Shown: positions 24,716 through 37,618, numbered from the whole stretch's first letter. The stretch: DNA of 63,612 bases, filler included, from Reticulomyxa filosa (GCA_000512085.1; 24 parts of 24 records of this genome joined end to end with filler, not necessarily neighbours in it); one strand, 5' to 3'. Program-made: numbers and translations. The notes: generated from the sequence alone by a model not told the origin.

Positions 24716-27700
24716 TTTTAAACTGCAACACTTGCTCCGCTAAAAATTTTGTTTCAATTCAACTCTTTTTTTTTGTTTTTCTTATCATTTGACAAAGATT
24801 TAGGAGAAAGAGAAAAGTGGTTGAAAATTACTTATTGACTGTCCTTGTATTTATAGCAATTTTTGCTTCCGAATATATGTCCATACATCAGAAAATATTA
24901 ATTTTTGTAAAAAGAAAGTCCAATACCTTTTCCAAATATAACATCACCAATACACAAACTGTTTCAATATTACCACGTTGTACCAAAGTGGTGGAATATA
25001 TAATCCGTTTACTTTGTTGGTTTCTTCATTTAAGTCGCTTGATTATATTATTTTCTATTTATTTCTCTTTTCTTTGTCTTTTTCATTATATTGTTGTTTT
25101 TCATTATTTTGTTTTTTGTATTTGTCTTTGTCTTTGCATTTATCTTTGTAATGTTTATCACAGTATTCTTCTTCAAAATTGTCTAAGTGCGCACATGATG
25201 AATCAGAAGAGAAAAACATCATATATGTCTTCAACCTAGGGTCTCCAACCTCCATCTAACCACATGCAATGTGCTCCGAGTTTGTGGAACAATATACATT
25301 ATCTTAGTTGGCTTGGTTAAAATAGTATTGAACTCCAGAGTTTACTATTTAACACAAGCCAACTCATTTTATTTTTTTCCTTTTTATATATACAAAAGAA
25401 AAAAATTTCAACTAAGTATTGGACCAAAGTTAAGTAGTATATATTTTATTTATTATATATAAAGAAAATATAGTATTCATTGGCATCCCTATGCATTATC
25501 TCGGTCTCCATTCCATATATATTTATATCACTGACTGCCTTCAATCGCATTTCATGTCCTTATTTTTGGATACTCTTGGCCTACATTCTTAATCAATATC
25601 CGAACTTCACAAGGCCTGCACATCACATCAAATTGGCAGCAGCTGATTATTAACTCTCAGTTACCAATTATTTGTTAGTCCTCCATTCAACATCCTATCG
25701 CAATCTACTTGGCTGCTATCATTACTCGTTTTTGAAATAGACTTCCCACAATTGAACATCGACTCATTTTTGCAAGATAGAAGTATTATCTAAAATGGAG
25801 TGGGTCAATGTAAAGAGCTGTTAAGAATTTACATATGTGTTGTGTGTTTGTAAATGATCAGTTCTGTTATACAGAATACAAGTGTTGATTTCCATAATGT
25901 GTTTATAGTATATGGGCAATCATATTTGGAAAGGGTGACATTTTACCATCATTGCACAATCTGTAGCCACCAAGGCAATTTTAACAAACGACATAAACAA
26001 ACAAAGATTAAAGACCATTATGGTATGTATTTCTAATTTGCGACATCCTTTTTTTTTTGTCCTTTGTGTAACGTTCAATTTACACTCTTTTGTTTTGTCT
26101 AACTTTGTCTGTAGTGACGAACAAGAGTACTAAGACTGCGAACGTGACAATGTTCAAAGATTTTGGGCATTGCATTACGAGCAAGAAGCAGAGCTGTTGA
26201 AAGAGTTAGTCGAATGATCAGATATCATGAAATACATTACAAATGGTTTTATTTGTAGTATTAGAATTTGTTGCATATTCATTGATGGCAATGGCTACAT
26301 GGAAGAAAATAACAGTTAGAAAACGAGACAAACAAGCAACACATATTTGTGTCATACAATGAAAAACAAATTCACTTTTAAAACAATAGGTCTTGACAGA
26401 GAGTACATGGAAAGGGTATATATCTGATGATCCCCCTCCTTCCTCTGAAATCATTTGGGATGAATGAGTAGTTCGTGCAGCGATAATCGAACTCTATTCA
26501 TCAGATATCCAATTTTTTAAAATGTGCACCAATTTATCGCATTGTCCAAGGTTGATATTCATATTACCTTCCTCAAATATATCAAGTTATGTTTGTTTGT
26601 ACGTTATACTGTTGTTTTTTTTTTTTAAATGTACTATGTAAATAATTAAAAAAGAAGAATAATAATAACAATAGAATATTTGTTTGAGCCAATGTTTCGA
26701 AATCGCACCAATGCAGAAGAAATAGTGCGGTTTTCGAAGATGCCAACGATTGAAGAGTACGAGACGTTTTTTGTCGTGTACAGGCGTAGCAAAAAAAGAA
26801 CAAGCCCAAGAAGCTTCTCTCCCCATGTAAAGCGATCATAGAACACACCATTGCGATGCTTAACAAAAAAAAATGGCCATAAATGGGCACAAACACAATC
26901 AAATCAGTCCCTGAAGATGTGATCACAAAAACACAGAAGGAAGAGAAGATATATTTTTACACAAAAAACGAGAAGGAAGAGAAGGAAGATGACAAGGTAA
27001 TAAAGTTGAAATACGCTGAAAAGTACGTATATGATAAAACAACTTGAAAAAATTGAAAAATTACCTTCGCAATAAAAAAAAAGTGAAGCATCAGATGATG
27101 TCAATGCAAATCGTCACCACTATCATCACAAGTACTACAATCATCATTAACATCGTGTGAAAATTCGTAGCACTTCTTGCAAAGACATGATTTGACTTTC
27201 ACTACGTTTGATTACAACTTTCCACGATAACAATGATGCGATTATCATTGTGATGATTATCAACACGGAAAATATTGATTTAATGAAACTAGACCAATGT
27301 ATCAATATCCAAAAAGCATTCGGAAAATCTTTGAGAGATCGATCTGATTTGATTTGGTTTGTTTTTTTGTAATCATTTTCATAATTTAATATTTTATTAT
27401 TTATGTGTACGTGTTATATGTGTAATTGTGTGTTATGAATAGTTGAATGACAAAATCAAAATTGCGATGATCCCAATCAAATTAGTCAAGTAAGATTTGT
27501 GTGCGTACATACTGTTTTGTTTTGTTATTTTTTTTGGTAATGTATTAATGCGAATAATTAGATAAATAATAATAATAATTGAGCCGATGTTTTGTGAAAG
27601 AAATTTAACATTGCACAAGAAGTCTTTGCCTTGAGCAAATGTGGAAAAGAAAAGGAGAAGAAGAATAAATCCAAGAAACTCACTCTATATGCAAAGCTAC

Positions 27701-29239
27701 TGTGATATAAACGACGTGAGTAGCGACAACGAAGAATAGATAGAGTTGAGCAGATGAAGCACTATAGCAAAGCTCAACCAAAAGTAAACAGGCCAAATCG
27801 ATGCAGGAGTGGACACAAACGCAATCAAACCAGTCAATGAAGATATAACTTCAAAAACACAATGCAGAAAAAAAAAAGAAGAACTGACACAGCAAAAAGA
27901 TATTTCGATACTTAATTAAGAATGATTAGAAGGAAGACTGGAATACATTGAAATGTGCTTTTAGATTTACATTAGANNNNNNNNNNNNNNNNNNNNNNNN
28001 NNNNNNNNNNNNNNNNNNNNTTAATTAATTAANNNNNNNNNNNNNNNNNNNNNNNNNNNNNNNNNNNNNNNNNNNNAGAATCAGATCTTTTTGCCTCTTA
28101 CTCGAAGAAAAAATGTTTTAGGGATAAAACCAAAGCATTTGTTACACTTTCGTGAATGGAAAATTTGGCTGACACAAAGTGTCTTGTGTGAGAGGTATGT
28201 AACACCAAATAATTGTTTTTTTTTTTTTGATGAAAAAAGTCGCCCCAGACTGAGATTGGTGATGGAGGTTTGATTAGTACTGAATTGACATTTTTTTGTT
28301 GTAAAGTTTTTTTTTTAGTATTATTTTTGAAATATTTGTGTTTTTGCTTATATGATAGCAAAATTTGAGAATGATATTGCGAAAACGCGTTGCACTAATT
28401 TTTATGAAACGCGTTGGCTAGTGTAAACACAAAGGAATTTGGATATTTTTAAGATTGTCAAATCTTTTTTTTGTATAGTTGTATTATTTGGGATTTTAAG
28501 GTGAATTTTTGTTTGATAAAAGCAATCGTCATTTATTACTGTCAAATTGTTTTTATTTTAATCATTTTTCTTAAGGAGAAATGCTTTATTTTAATTATGT
28601 ACAAAAAAAAGTCTTGACTGCAACAAGTATATATTCCTTTTGTAGTATTGTAATAAACAACTAAACTACAACGCGATGTGAGTATAAGTTTTTTTCTTCC
28701 TGGTCTATATCTTTCTTTTGTTTCCTCTTTTTTGTACAAAATTTATGGAAACATCCCATTACATTTTGGATAACTCGGTTGAAAAACAAACTATAATAAA
28801 GACTAATTAACAGTTTAGATGTTATAATGTTTGAAGTTATTATTCATTAGAAACATTTGTGGTTTTTTTTTGCATTAAATTATTTTTGTTTATTAGTTTC
28901 AAATATTTGCAATATCTGAATCTATTCAATTAAATTACATTGCTGTGCAGAAACACTTCCTTAGGAGATTTACAAACAACAATTGCACAATTACACTAAT
29001 GACAAAAACAGAACAATTCTTTGATAAACACTCAAAAATTTTATAATATTAAATTGACTAAAATGAATTGTAATTTGTGAATGAATTGACTTATTTGTTT
29101 TCATCATTTTGACTTTATTATAAAAAGCAGTTAAATAATNNNNNNNNNNNNNNNNNNNNNNNNNNNNNNNNNNNNNNNNNNNNTTAATTAATTAANNNNN
29201 NNNNNNNNNNNNNNNNNNNNNNNNNNNNNNNNNNNNNNN

Positions 29240-29278
<39 letters not shown>

Positions 29279-29279
29279 T

Positions 29280-30115
29280 TGACAACTTTTGAAACGTGGG
29301 ACAGCGTCACAAGACAAACAAAACACAACTGTTTTGAATCTTCATCTGTGAGTAAAGTGACAATATATTTGGCATTGTTATCGCTATGTGATATCAATTC
29401 TAAAATCGATGATTGATCCATTTCAATGACAATGTTTTCATTCCATTGATAGCACCTTTTTTTTTTGCATTTGAATGAATTTTTTTTCTATCTCTCTCTC
29501 TCTCCCACTTTTTAAACAAAAAAAAAGTATTCAATCCACCATCTTTTATTCCACATTTGATTTTGCTTATTGTTTGTTTTGTATACTCATAGGTTAACCT
29601 TTCCACACATAAATTCGAACACAAATTTGTGCACCATTTCAACAAATCCGCCAACATATTTTTGTGCAAATCATTGACATTCCGTTGTTTGCTAATGCAT
29701 ACCATATTTTTTGCAAAACCTGATGGAATTTGCTTTGATGCTCTTATCTCCATTTCACAACCATTCAGCTGACAAGGTGATGGATGACACAAAATTCGTT
29801 TTTGTACACATTCATCCTTCACACAAATACGTACAAGTTCCACATTTGTTTTGTCATTATCATTCGTCAATGATTCCTCCTTTGTTTTACATTCAATATC
29901 TCTATTTCCAAACCCCAATTCCAAAACAATTTCGCTACAATTTCTTTTTCTCATGTTTTCAACATACAAAATACTCCTAACAATATTTCGTCGTCATTCA
30001 ACCCAAACTCCTCCTTTATAGCCGAATATAAAGCATTTGAAGAACCAAAACATTTCGAAGGTTCGTTCTCCAAAACCATAAAATCAACACATGTCAAAAG
30101 ATTAGATAGACTCAT
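29280..30115 (-). CDS. Hypothetical protein with apparent frameshifts (homopolymer errors or pseudogene)
   Basis: MSLSNLLTCVDFMVLENEPSKC...EILLGV continues as YVENMRKRNCSEIVLELG... after a one-base shift in a T-run. A further shifted segment reads DQSSILELISHSD. No domain recognised. Confidence 0.35.
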
Positions 30116-30382
30116 TTCCTAGCTTGTCTCTAATAATTATTGCAATGACAAGTTTTTGTGGTTATGATAGTTGATCAGAACTTGCAAAATGGCACCCTCA
30201 AAGTTGCAAGTGAACTTTTTTAATTTTTTGAAACAGCTGAGCTAACGAATATGTAAATTCCAAGTTTAATATACAAAGAAAATTAACACGGATACTGAGT
30301 AAAAATTTACCTAATTTTTAAAAACTCATCCCCATAAAGTTTTTTTGGCTTTAAAAAATGACAGAAGATTATTCTGTAATCA

Positions 30383-30433
30383 GGTGTAGTGACACTACTT
30401 ACGTCACAATGGAGTCAGTATGGCTCCAAATAT
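30383..30433 (+). repeat. Second copy of the ~50-bp hairpin repeat, without the MITE
   Basis: ggtgtagtgacactacttacgtcacaatggagtcagtatggctccaaatat matches 2481-2531. Confidence 0.8.
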
Positions 30434-31590
30434 TTCACTTTTCTTAAAAACGTACTTTCCCGCTCCAGCTTCTCTACACAGGTTTGGTTCGAAGATAAGG
30501 TTATTAGTTTTGCAAAAAAAGCTGTAATTTTGAAATATTGTGAATCAACAAATGCAGAGATAGTTCTGAAAACATCCTAGATCCTTAATTATCCAATTGC
30601 TAATAACACCTTTTGAAATCTAAGGCATTGTTTCTTTATCCTGTAATTCAAGGTAAAAATTCGTTGAAAAAGATATTGGTGGTTTGTGGTGTGGTCTTGA
30701 GTCTCGCTTTTGTCCATGCATTATTTCAATGTAACGAATTGCAACAAACCAATTGAGTAAAATTATGAAACTAAATGTCTTCAAATAGAACAAGAGCTTA
30801 ACTTCAAAAAACGGAAACTTTTGAAAATTTCAAAAGACGTAATAGTAATAAAAATTAAAAACTACATGATTTATATTTAAAAAGAGAAAAATATTAAATA
30901 TCGATTTTCACGGGGAAAAATCAATAATCTCTGAATTTTTTTTAGAAAACGTGGGCTTCAAAACAATACTTCCATATTTTTTGAACAAATTAACAAATCT
31001 GTTATTTCTAAGTGTATTTGTGATAGTTCGTTTTATTGCTATTAATAGTCTATATTATGTTCCCAATGGATACACAGCTCCCTTTCCTGACATCCTAACA
31101 GCCTTATAATCAAGAGGAAGAAAGTTAGTTTGATATGTTGGGAATTGAAAATAAGAGTTACGAAGAAATTTTAATGATCATGGTCGTTACAAGTGCCGGA
31201 AGAAACAAAATAAAATGCCAAAATTTAATTAAAAGCAAGAAACAAAAAAAACACCAAACAAACATAATTGACACATTTCCAAATCCTGACAAGATGAGGA
31301 AACATTTAAAGCTTGGAGGCTATTATTCCATACTTTGCTACACAGCTTCGCAGTATGTCGAATAGCACTGAGCCAAAAAAATTTCGATTTCCCCTCAACC
31401 AAAAAAGACATCAAATCAACAAGTTTCGAAAATGAGCTTGTTGAGAGAATGAAAATTGGAAGAGGTTCATTTAGTCAATTATTGTCTCATTTTGGTAGTT
31501 TCTCTGTTGTTTTGCTGTTGCTTAATTTTTTGATATCATTTCCAAAGGGAAAAAAAGACCAAGTTTGAAACATAAAAAAGGCAGTAAAGA

Positions 31591-32588
31591 TTAATAGTCA
31601 TCGTCTTCACTCAATTTGCGTAAAACTCGGAATTTGTGACGAATAGCACGACACTTATCGCAAATGTTTCCGGACCACATGGAGCTAAAAATAAACAGAG
31701 CATAGCCAAAGTACGTAAAACAAATTGTAAACATGATCCCAATCACTGATAAGTGCGACATAGTTTCTTGATAGTCATGAACGCAAGTACAGCCTAAAAA
31801 AGAGCGGTCGTTTACATCACATCCGTCGCTTGGTTCACAACGTAGAGCGCAGTGATACATGCTTGATGACCAATCGCATCTTATTTTTTTTTTTTTAGTG
31901 AACAAAAATTTATACAAAGTTAAAAAATCTCACCTTTTGCTCTTTTTTTTTTAAAGATAACAAAAACGTAACCGTTGAGGCCAAAGTTCCCCACATCGCC
32001 GATTACAACCTTCCCAAACATTCTGATCCTCCAAGACATGTCGAAGAGGGTCAGCAATAACAAATACAAACGATATCCAAATTAAGATAGTTGGACCCCA
32101 CCGGTTCCACCATGTTGGATAGGCATCTCTGTCTCTGGCTTTGTCTGTTGGATAAACATACACGTCATCCACAAAAAAATACTTGTTTCCTTAAAGAAAT
32201 AATTTTTTTTCATGGACAAAAACTAACATGTTATGTAACAACATAAACCACCAATCACCGCAATATCAACGATCAGTGTAACTAAGTGTGCTGTGTGTCT
32301 TGCTGCTGTGGTCACTGTTGCTCCCACTGTTGTTCACAATATACAATAGCCCAGTCACGCCACAAAAAGGGTAGAAGATCTTTTAAAAAAAAGTAAAAGT
32401 AAATTCTTACAAGGAGGAAGCACCAGCGCTGGCCAACATCAGCTTCCCACTAAAGCAGGAATTGACAACGCGGTAGTTATAATTGAAGCGATTAATGATT
32501 TTTTGTCAGCAACCTTTTTTTTTTGGTCTTGCTCTTCATTTGTATTTACAAGTAGTTCTTTGTTTTTGTCCGATTGGTTCTCAAACAT
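31591..32588 (-). CDS. Membrane selenoprotein (MSP-like), 245 aa, in-frame UGA at codon 50
   Basis: Exons 32588-32411, 32326-32228, 32144-31973 and 31879-31591 total 738 nt, with GT-AG introns of 84, 83 and 93 nt. Protein: ...IITTALSIPALVGS-U-CWPALVLPPLGATV...LCCYITYKARD...NRWGPTILIWISFVFVIADPLRHVLED...SVIGIMFTICFTYFGYALFIFSSMW. The TGA is at 32441-32439. Confidence 0.85.
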
Positions 32589-32968
32589 GGTCGCTTTTTT
32601 AGTGAAAAAAATTACTCTGACCCCTGACGACAAACACCTCTGTCGACAAAGCAGCTTTGAGATTGTATTGTTTGAAAATGATGATTTAAATTAAGTTGTG
32701 GTCTCGTTCTTACACTATTGAAGCTAGCCCATTTACATATTCCATCAAAGTGTTGGATTACAATATTTATACGTAAAGATTGCTACTTTGTAAAAATAAT
32801 TTTATTAAGACTATGTGTATGTGTGGGAATGAAGAAAAAGCAGAAAACAGTAAAAGACAAGTCGAATTTTTACCTTTTTTTACTTACTTTAGTTTCGCGT
32901 TTTTGCTTTGTTTTGTTAGAGTTTTATTTATTCTAATATTTTGAAACTTTTGATTATTTGGTTTAAGA

Positions 32969-33171
32969 ATGACTTCTTCTAAAAAGCAACCATCAATTGG
33001 TATTGACTTGGGTACGACGTACTCATGTGTTGGTACATGGAAAAACAACACTGTGGAAATTATCCCAAATGATATGGGAGAGCGAACAACCCCTTCTTAT
33101 GTATCTTTCAGTGATACAGAAAGATTAGTGGGAACAGCAGCAAAGAACCAAGCTGCAAGAAATGCAGAAAA
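32969..33171 (+). CDS. HSP70: Cytosolic HSP70, N-terminus (truncated)
   Basis: [13 protein letters not shown] (HSP70 signature 1) and [34 protein letters not shown]. No signal or transit peptide. Confidence 0.97.
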
Positions 33172-33599
33172 NNNNNNNNNNNNNNNNNNNNNNNNNNNNN
33201 NNNNNNNNNNNNNNNTTAATTAATTAANNNNNNNNNNNNNNNNNNNNNNNNNNNNNNNNNNNNNNNNNNNNTGTCCGTTAGTCCCTCTTGTGTTTGTCTT
33301 AGTTGAATTTAGCAGTACCACCAACACCAACGGAGATTTCATGCTACTTCTTGAATAACGGAGATCTTCACTCAACATTTTCTTCTCAGTTTGTCCCTTC
33401 CACTTCTGCTTAGCAAACTGAAACTGAAGGACGTTCAATGAGAAATAAAGTCATTTTAAGGCAAAAATAAGAAAAAGTTTGTGGTAAATATGCAAAAAAT
33501 TTTTTTTTGCAAATAATTCAGAAATATTGAAATCTAAATAAAAATTATGTGAACAACTATTTTTGTTTTAAAAAAAAAGACTCAAAAAATAAAACCCCC

Positions 33600-35600
33600 A
33601 AAAAATCAAAAGAAAAAACTGCAGTCATGTGTGAACAAATAGGTCTGAAACAGAATCTTACAGAAAAGAAGATGAAAAAGATGAAGCTGAAAGAACATTA
33701 CCTATCAAATGATGGGTTGGACAATCGATTGATAATTGTTACATTCGATTGGTTCTGTTGACTCAACAGCAATTTCAGTAAAAAAATGAAAATGACAAAC
33801 ATTGAAAGAACTGGAAAAAGTGAAGACGATGCCAAACACAAAGAGAGAAATATATTGGATTATTCGTTGATCTATGGAAATAAAATGGAAACATTTAAAG
33901 ATAAAGAAAAATCGATTAGTGGTTCATCATATTAACATTTGTGGTAAGCAAAATTGTATAAGATATTGTTGAAAAGTTATATGAAATGGAATTAGATAAA
34001 ATCTAATGGAATAGAAAACATACCAAAATGAAGAAATAAAATATACTATTTTTGGAATGGAAATGGATTATTTGTCACAAGTCGCTTGGGAATGATTGAA
34101 ATCAGGACATGTGGTTATTTCTTGCGAAATACATTTTTTCATTTGATATTTCAAGAATGGCTTGTTGTTGTATGACATGAACAAGTATGTTCAATTTTGA
34201 TGAATGAACAATTCACTCCAAGATATTCAGTGATTATTCCATTCATGTCTGGAATATTGTATAACAATATCATTTCCAATAAAGATCCATCAGGATCAGG
34301 TTTATTATTTTTTTGGAAATGGCCGCCTTCGAAATTGTTCCAATTCATCAAGTAATGTTTGTTTATGCATTGTTTGGGTGAGATAATTTATTTCTTTGCT
34401 TGACGAGTATGTGCTGACAAGTCATCGCTTGGATGTTTTGGAGTATTTGTTCATTTCCACGGAGATGACAAACATTGTGATGCAATACTGCAAGCAAGGC
34501 TTTCGACAATCGAAAGAAAACGTGTGTCAATCATATGCAGATTTGCTTTATCGAATATCAATGAAATTGAATGAAAGACAATTGGATGATGTGGTGTAAG
34601 TATTCATAAGACCTATGCGGAAACACTTGCAAAAATAGAACTGAACAAAGTATTTGAAAGTGACAAATTTTTATTCTGTAAAAACTGTGCATATACACTC
34701 ACAACTGTTGCATTACCACTGAAAACAAGCCAATACCTTCGAATGTTTGATGAATATACTTTTATAGTGTATGTGTAATTTTTATTGTTAATGAAATTGA
34801 AAGAGCAACAATTGGCACGAATTTTTGAATGCTCGATTAATGGACTCTCCAACGAAATCAAAGATCAATATGCCGCAAAGAGTGCGTACGATCACTTGGA
34901 TTACTTGCAATGAAATGGAATGAAAAAAATAGAATAATCCTTCAATTCTTTAATGATGATATTGAATGGTGCACATGAAGAAAGCTGGCTACGTATGGTA
35001 AGTATGGAATCACTTGTGATCATTGCAATACATTTGGAGGAGAAGAAATTTGACAGTGTATTTCAATGGCTACTAAAAATATTGAAGGATAACACGTATA
35101 ATCACTCATATATAAAAGCACTAGGGATGCTTTCAAAGAAATTGATAAAAAACAATTGGATATTATTTTCCAGTTTGTGTTAAATGGCTTTCAAAATATT
35201 ACAGTATATAACGATATGAAAGTAATTCCATTTGGAGCAAGTTATCTAAAACTAAGCAAGGCCGATACAAATGTGTGAAAGCAAAAAGAAACTGACTCTA
35301 AATCTGATGTAGAAATGACGTTATTTGTATTTGGTTTGTTACGCTTTAGGGCTCGTATGCAATTGAATTGCAAAGACGATACCATCACTTTGGATGCCTT
35401 CAATGAGTTAATATATTATTGCAATAAACAGGCAAAATAGGACCATAATGATCAATACGTATAAAGAACATTATATTGCCATTTATGAAGCAAAAATTCA
35501 AATTGGAATTGCAAAATCATCCTGACATTGACATAAATGATTCCTGTGATGAACATCGACAAACTCTATTGCATTATTGGGATATTGCTTATTATTGCAT
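33600..35600 (+). pseudogene. Decayed large HEAT/ARM-repeat gene of an expanded family
   Basis: Repeated helical fragments (ISMKLNERQLDDV; MKLKEQQLARIFECSINGL; LEEKKFDSVFQWLLKILKD) and YSVIIPFMSGILYNNII are broken by many stops and frameshifts. Boundaries are approximate. Confidence 0.6.
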
Positions 35601-36550
35601 TCAAAAGGAAGCATATATTAATTGAAAATAACTTTAATCAAGACAATAAACTGCATCATTTTGAATAGAATAAATGTTTGCTTTTGCAACAAGAGCTTTT
35701 CCATTATACATTTCATTATATTTAAAATTTTTTACAAATGTGTTTCCATCTTTCATTTTGTTTACATTCATTACATCTAAATACTCTTTAGTATTATTAT
35801 TTTCTTTGTGTTTCATAATCAACTCTTAGAATAAAAGAATTGAAAGCACACTCTCTTCATTTTTGTCAATTTCAATGTTATTTTAATGCAAATATGTTCT
35901 ATTGTGAAGTAATTCATTCACTTCCTTTTTGTTAAAATTAGTTTCTTTTTTATGTTAACTTGTTCAAATTATGTAATCACATTTTTCAAAATGTTTTTTG
36001 TAGTATATTGAGACAATATATTTTATTTATTCTTGTAAATGATATGACCAAGCAATACGTTATGAAATTAATTAGATGAAAGATGAAGAAATTGTAAGTG
36101 GTAGCATCTTTGCATGACTGGCGGCTCTGAACATCTTGAAACACTTAATATTCCCGCTTTTTCCATTAAACTTTTTTTTTTAATCAATTTAGTCTTTTTA
36201 AGTGAAAAGGATTTTTAAAAAAGACCAACTTTTTCTGCATTGACTTATAACGAGTGTACATAAAACAANNNNNNNNNNNNNNNNNNNNNNNNNNNNNNNN
36301 NNNNNNNNNNNNTTAATTAATTAANNNNNNNNNNNNNNNNNNNNNNNNNNNNNNNNNNNNNNNNNNNNATCATGTGCGGGATGTTTTTATTTTATTATTT
36401 TTTTTTTTTATGTATCCTTTAATAAGAGCAAGGGAGAGGGAGAGGGGATAAAAGAAATGTTGGAAACGGGAAATGGAAAGTAAGAATCCCCACAGGACAT
36501 ATGTTTGTGTTTGTGTTTGTACCATGCACAATATGTGAATGTGCTTTAAG

Positions 36551-37293
36551 CTGACGTGGTGTTTCATGTCCCATTTGTGAGACATATCTTGCTTTGGTAC
36601 GGTGCCATCAGTGTAAGCAAGGCGTCATTGATGAAGCATTTGAAGAACCACGAAAACGTTGGTCTGCTGATGGATGGCATTGCTGGTATTTTTGCCCAAC
36701 ACAACAAACGCAACAAACACCTCGATCACCACTTTCAACAGCATGATGAGATTGCTAGCGCTAAGAGCACCAGCAGCTTCGACAGTGACAGTAGCAGCAA
36801 TGAACGGTAATGACAGCAGCAGCAGTAGAATGGTCTCTTTTCCTCACAATTGGCACGCCAATACAATAACAGCAATAATGACGCCACGAAAAATAATGGC
36901 GATGTTTACGCGCAGATCAAAAAAAGAACTGGTATCGCCAAACTTGCCTTGGAAACGGGGTCCAATGTCATCCCTGGCTTTGGGTTTGGCAATGCCAATG
37001 TGTTCACTGCTGTGTTTGACAATTATGGGGTTTTGGAATGGCTGTCCAGAAAAATAAGAGCCAGCTTGCTCGTATTCTACGGACGCTATGGCTTGCCCAT
37101 ACCCTTTCGAGTACCTTGCTACTATGTCTATGGACGAGTCATTGAAAACAAATATGCTAATCATCCCATTAAACATCCCACCGAAGGACAAATTGCTGAA
37201 TTGCATGAACAGATTTTGAAAGGATTTCAAGAAATGTTTGATGCTCATAAGCATATTTATGGATATCCTAATGCGAAGCTGGTGTTTGTCTGA
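36551..37293 (+). CDS. DGAT2/MOGAT-family acyltransferase, C-terminal exons
   Basis: VFHVPFVRHILLWYGA..DGIAGIF..KKRTGIAKLALETGSNVIPGFGFG..YGRYGLPIPFRVP..VYGRVI..FDAHK. A 66-nt GT-AG intron at 36807-36872 removes the in-frame stops. Confidence 0.88.
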
Positions 37294-37618
37294 ACTGCAC
37301 ATTGTTTCATTGAACACTTCTTTTTCTGCAGTTCTTTTGTGAGTGCAAAACCTGCTTGCAATTTTATTTTTTTTATTTCAAACAATTTTTCTATTATTTG
37401 CCGCTAACTACTTGCAATTTCGTACATCAGAATACATTTGTGCAAGAGTCAAGGAAAATGCTGTATTTCTGGTCATGTTAGCAGACTCTGTTATTCTACT
37501 AATATTCGACTGCAATGTTTGAAAATATTGCAAATTTTCTTTTTCAAATATTTCAACTTTGAAGCAGGACACTGACCCAAAAACAATAACAATAAAAAAA
37601 TCATCAGACAAACTTACA

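Noticed and set aside
31423-31493. Hairpin AAAATGAG...CTCATTTT as the SECIS
   Set aside because: Its ATGA is Watson-Crick paired, with no opposing GA to form the tandem G-A core.
32188-32228. A second UGA in the MSP-like gene, formed by splicing T|GA across a 38-nt intron
   Set aside because: The downstream CAG acceptor (32146-32145) gives an 83-nt intron like its neighbours and the sensible reading YITYKARD with no stop.
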